NCBI GenBank assembly: GCA_963666205.1
Contig: OY762654.1
Location: forward strand, 2,848,001-2,912,000
Reading direction: 5' to 3'
Length of the DNA: 64,000 nucleotides
From: Synergistales bacterium
Lineage (GTDB): Bacteria; Synergistota; Synergistia; Synergistales; JAFGMB01
Shown: piece after piece, positions 61,131 through 64,000 of the stretch
Position numbering within the stretch: the first letter of the stretch is position 1
How the letters are laid out: each line of letters opens with the position of its first letter
Notes under the pieces: generated by a model
The model's database searches: none
What the model saw: the letters and a program-made list of their open reading frames with translations, nothing else
Told to the model about the DNA's origin: nothing
Translations under genes and position numbers: made by a program

Positions 61131-62930
61131 ATGAAACTTTTGAGAAATCTTTTTATTCTGATCTTCCTGGGCCTTGGGGTTGTTTCATTCCCTTTACGTG
61201 CTTACAGTTCATCCTTTATACCGTCGAAACCTGTCATGGGGGTACAAGATCTCAGACCGGGTATGAAGGGAGAGGCCCTTACTGTGATACAGGGACAAGA
61301 AATAGTATCTTTTCCTGTAGAGATAATCAGTGTAATTCCGAAAAAGGGTATTCCCAGAAATCTTGTAATGATAAAGGCAACTGGTCCGGTAATCGAGAAA
61401 ACAGGTGGTATAGCATCAGGTATGAGCGGTAGTCCCGTATATATTCAGGGGAAACTTATTGGTGCTATCGGATATGGGTGGAACTTTACCGAGCATGATC
61501 TTGGTCTGGTGACCCCTATAGAGGATATGGCCTCCATATGGGAATGGCCAGAAAGAGTTCCTGAATTCACCAGAACTGTTCAGTTACCAGCAAAAACAGA
61601 GAAAGGGAAGATGCAATCTGATCCATCAAGTGAAACAGAGAAAGAAACTTTCAGTGATAATTTACTGAAAGAAAGGGCGGCCCCCCTTATGGCTGATGGA
61701 TTGAGCCCCAGATCTCTTGAAAATATTGGCAATCTGTTGCATCGGAATGTACTCGCTGTTGGAGGTTCGGGATCTACAGATCTTCCTGTGATATATAGCG
61801 CCTCAATATTTCCGGGACAGGCAATTGGAGTCCTTCTTGCATGGGGTGATGTGACCATGGGAGCGACAGGGACTATTACGTCCATCTCCAGTGATGGACG
61901 TTTTGTCGGTTTTGCTCACCCTTTCCTGAACCGGGGAAATGTTGCTTATCCTCTTACAACAGCCTGGGTGCACAGTGTCGTACCCAGTATTCAGGCACCT
62001 TTTAAGGTTGGAACTCCTCTTCAGATAATAGGATCTGTTACTCAGGACAGACCTCAAGCGATAGGTGGTCGCATAGGAGTATTTATGCCATCTGTAGATG
62101 CTTCTGTCAGCTTTTCTGATATGGATACAGGTTACAAATCAACAAGAAAGTTTCATGTGGTATATGATCCCTTTATGATCTCGGAAATTCTTCCTGAAAT
62201 GGTTGCAGGGATAATTGATGAGACATGGGGGCGAAACGGAGAGGGTACAGCCAGGGTTAATCTGACGATAGAAGGTGGAGGACTGCACAAGGGTTGGGAA
62301 AGATCTAATTATTTCTTTTCTGATAAAGACACAGTCAAGGAGTGTATAAAGGAAATCAGTGAGATCACCCGAATAATTTCCCTTAACCCTTTTCAGGAAA
62401 TTGTCCCGTTGGGTATACACGTTGATGTAGAGTTAACCTCTCTGCCTAAGATCCTTTTTATAGAGAATCTCAATGTTGAGAAAAAGGAAGTTAAACCTGG
62501 AGACAAGGTTTCTGTAGAGGTAAAGTTGAGACCTTATAGAAAATCTCAGGTCTTGAAGAAGTATACACTGACTGTACCTGAAGATGCTTTTGGACCCTGT
62601 GAAATCCTGGTCAGGGGAGGAGGCATAGCTGAATTGGGACAAGAGACTATTGCCCAGGGTTACCAGAGTATTTCTTCTTTTTCTCAGATGTTGAGGGAGA
62701 TGAATGCAAAAGAGGCTAATAATGAAGTTATCCTTGAAATCCTGTGTGAAAAGAATCCAGTCTCTCAGTTAAAAGAACAAGATGAAGAAGAGCTTCTGAG
62801 CGAAGTAAAGGCACGAAGAATAAAAGATGGAACATTGCGTGTCTTTAAATCCGATTACTATGTGGAAGGTCTTCTCAGAAAGACAATATCTGTAAATACT
62901 TCCAAAGGAGCAACGGGGACTTCGCCCTGA
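61131..62930 (+). CDS. Exported SpoIVB-like peptidase S55 domain protein
   Basis: Signal peptide, TGGIASGMSGSPVYIQGKLIGA, FVGFAHPF; ATG 61131 after GAGGTG. Confidence 0.85.
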   Translation: MKLLRNLFILIFLGLGVVSFPLRAYSSSFIPSKPVMGVQDLRPGMKGEALTVIQGQEIVSFPVEIISVIPKKGIPRNLVMIKATGPVIEKTGGIASGMSGSPVYIQGKLIGAIGYGWNFTEHDLGLVTPIEDMASIWEWPERVPEFTRTVQLPAKTEKGKMQSDPSSETEKETFSDNLLKERAAPLMADGLSPRSLENIGNLLHRNVLAVGGSGSTDLPVIYSASIFPGQAIGVLLAWGDVTMGATGTITSISSDGRFVGFAHPFLNRGNVAYPLTTAWVHSVVPSIQAPFKVGTPLQIIGSVTQDRPQAIGGRIGVFMPSVDASVSFSDMDTGYKSTRKFHVVYDPFMISEILPEMVAGIIDETWGRNGEGTARVNLTIEGGGLHKGWERSNYFFSDKDTVKECIKEISEITRIISLNPFQEIVPLGIHVDVELTSLPKILFIENLNVEKKEVKPGDKVSVEVKLRPYRKSQVLKKYTLTVPEDAFGPCEILVRGGGIAELGQETIAQGYQSISSFSQMLREMNAKEANNEVILEILCEKNPVSQLKEQDEEELLSEVKARRIKDGTLRVFKSDYYVEGLLRKTISVNTSKGATGTSP

Positions 62931-62994
62931 TCTGATGAAGTTAACCGGAGTAGGGACTTTTTCATCCATATGATAAAGGAGTCACAGATCTGTA

Positions 62995-63606
62995 ATGTTG
63001 ATAACTATTGAAGGCATCGATGGAGCCGGGAAAAGTACCCAGGCTGAAAAAGCGTTTGTAGTGCTTAAAGATTCATTTGGCAGGGAAAATGTGATCTGGA
63101 CAAGAGAACCTGGAGATTGGAATGGAGGTAATCTTTTAAGGGAACTCCTTCTAGAAAGAGAATTATCTCATCCCTTATCGGAATTATTTCTTTTTCTTGT
63201 AGATAGATGTGAACATGTTTTAGAAGTTATTGTGCCTGCCATCAACGAAGGAAAGATAGTTTTATGTGAGAGATATACCGATTCTACCCTTGCTTATCAG
63301 GTATGGGGCAGAGGTTTACCTCTGGAAAGAATCGAAGATTTGTTCTTATGGTCGCAGTTTCCTGTTCCTGATCTGACTTTATGGCTGGATGTGCCCCTTG
63401 AAGAAGCGACCCAAAGGATCAACAGCAGGGGAAGATTGGACAGAATAGAGTCAGATGGTTTAGAATTCCTATCCAGAGTTCGTGACGGTTATTTGCATTT
63501 AAGAAACAGATTCCCTGACCGGATAAGAAGGGTGGATGCTTCAGGAAGTGTGAATGAAGTTTCTTGTATTATAAGGCAGGAACTGAAGAGCTTTTTGAAG
63601 GTTTGA
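62995..63606 (+). CDS. tmk: Thymidylate kinase
   Basis: ITIEGIDGAGKST, TREPG, ERYTDSTLAYQ, PDLT, DRIE. Confidence 0.96.
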   Translation: MLITIEGIDGAGKSTQAEKAFVVLKDSFGRENVIWTREPGDWNGGNLLRELLLERELSHPLSELFLFLVDRCEHVLEVIVPAINEGKIVLCERYTDSTLAYQVWGRGLPLERIEDLFLWSQFPVPDLTLWLDVPLEEATQRINSRGRLDRIESDGLEFLSRVRDGYLHLRNRFPDRIRRVDASGSVNEVSCIIRQELKSFLKV

Positions 63607-63670
63607 TTGATGGCCTTATATTAGAAGGAAATACCTGGGCTCTTATTTCAAGCTTAGGCAGGGGGATCTA

Positions 63671-64000
63671 TTGGATAACAAGTTGGAAATAATCAGGGAA
63701 AGTAGAGCATGGAACGAAATATGTAAAGCATTGGATGACGGGAAAAGACCGCATTCTATTGTTTTTAAAGTAGATGAATCCCTCCATCAGGAGTGTTCCA
63801 CACTTTTTTCAAAGGTCTTTCTGTGTCAAAATAGTATAGATATCAGTAGTCACAGTTCTAAAAGTAATGACATTGGAGGAGGGCCTCATCCCGATCTTAT
63901 TCTTTCCGGGGATATAGGGTGTGCACCCGGCATAGAACGGTGCAGGGAAATAGCACGGGAATTATCGATAAAACCTTTGAGAGCCCCTGGTAGAGTCGCT
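63671..64000 (+). CDS. holB: DNA polymerase III delta' subunit, N-terminal part (runs off the window)
   Basis: Not in the track. TTG 63671 after AGGGGG reads MDNKLEII...PHSIVF...VFLC...HPDLI...GIERCREI..ELSIKP...RVA with no stop; follows tmk. Confidence 0.75.
   Translation, partial: MDNKLEIIRESRAWNEICKALDDGKRPHSIVFKVDESLHQECSTLFSKVFLCQNSIDISSHSSKSNDIGGGPHPDLILSGDIGCAPGIERCREIARELSIKPLRAPGRVA

Overview
This is a gene-dense housekeeping region from an anaerobic bacterium. The Firmicutes-like gene order, frequent TTG starts and overall protein style suggest Synergistota, but that is inference only. In order it holds: the purC-S-Q-L-F-M-N-H-D-E operon; lepA-hemW; a selenium block (yedF-like, selA, selB); veg-ispE-purR; a ferredoxin and tRNA-Ile2(CAU); a long run from trpS through scpAB, rluB, cmk, plsC, hflX, yicC, remA, gmk, rpoZ, coaBC, priA and der to hup; rsmA and tRNA-Pro(GGG); pyruvate:ferredoxin oxidoreductase; RNA-modification genes; ackA-yceD-rpmF; the fapR-plsX-fab-acpP-rnc operon; pyrR-F-E; selD, birA, prfB, an S55 peptidase, tmk and the start of holB. 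I saw no CRISPR array, IS or prophage. The best signals are translational recoding events that the ORF track misses. selD has an in-frame UGA (Sec12) with a SECIS-like hairpin 11 nt downstream. prfB has the CTT-TGA-C +1 frameshift, and also an open +1 frame from an alternative AUG that overlaps the stop of a small uORF. fapR has an intact N-terminal HTH with no ATG/GTG/TTG available, so it probably starts at ATC, next to a FapR operator. Other notable items are a perfect LacI-type palindrome on the pyrR promoter (with no PyrR attenuator), a helicase-dead PriA, a ZnuA-like orphan lacking its His ligands, a motif-permuted S55 peptidase and a possible MFS pseudogene remnant. All family calls come from recognising motifs by eye; no database searches were run.
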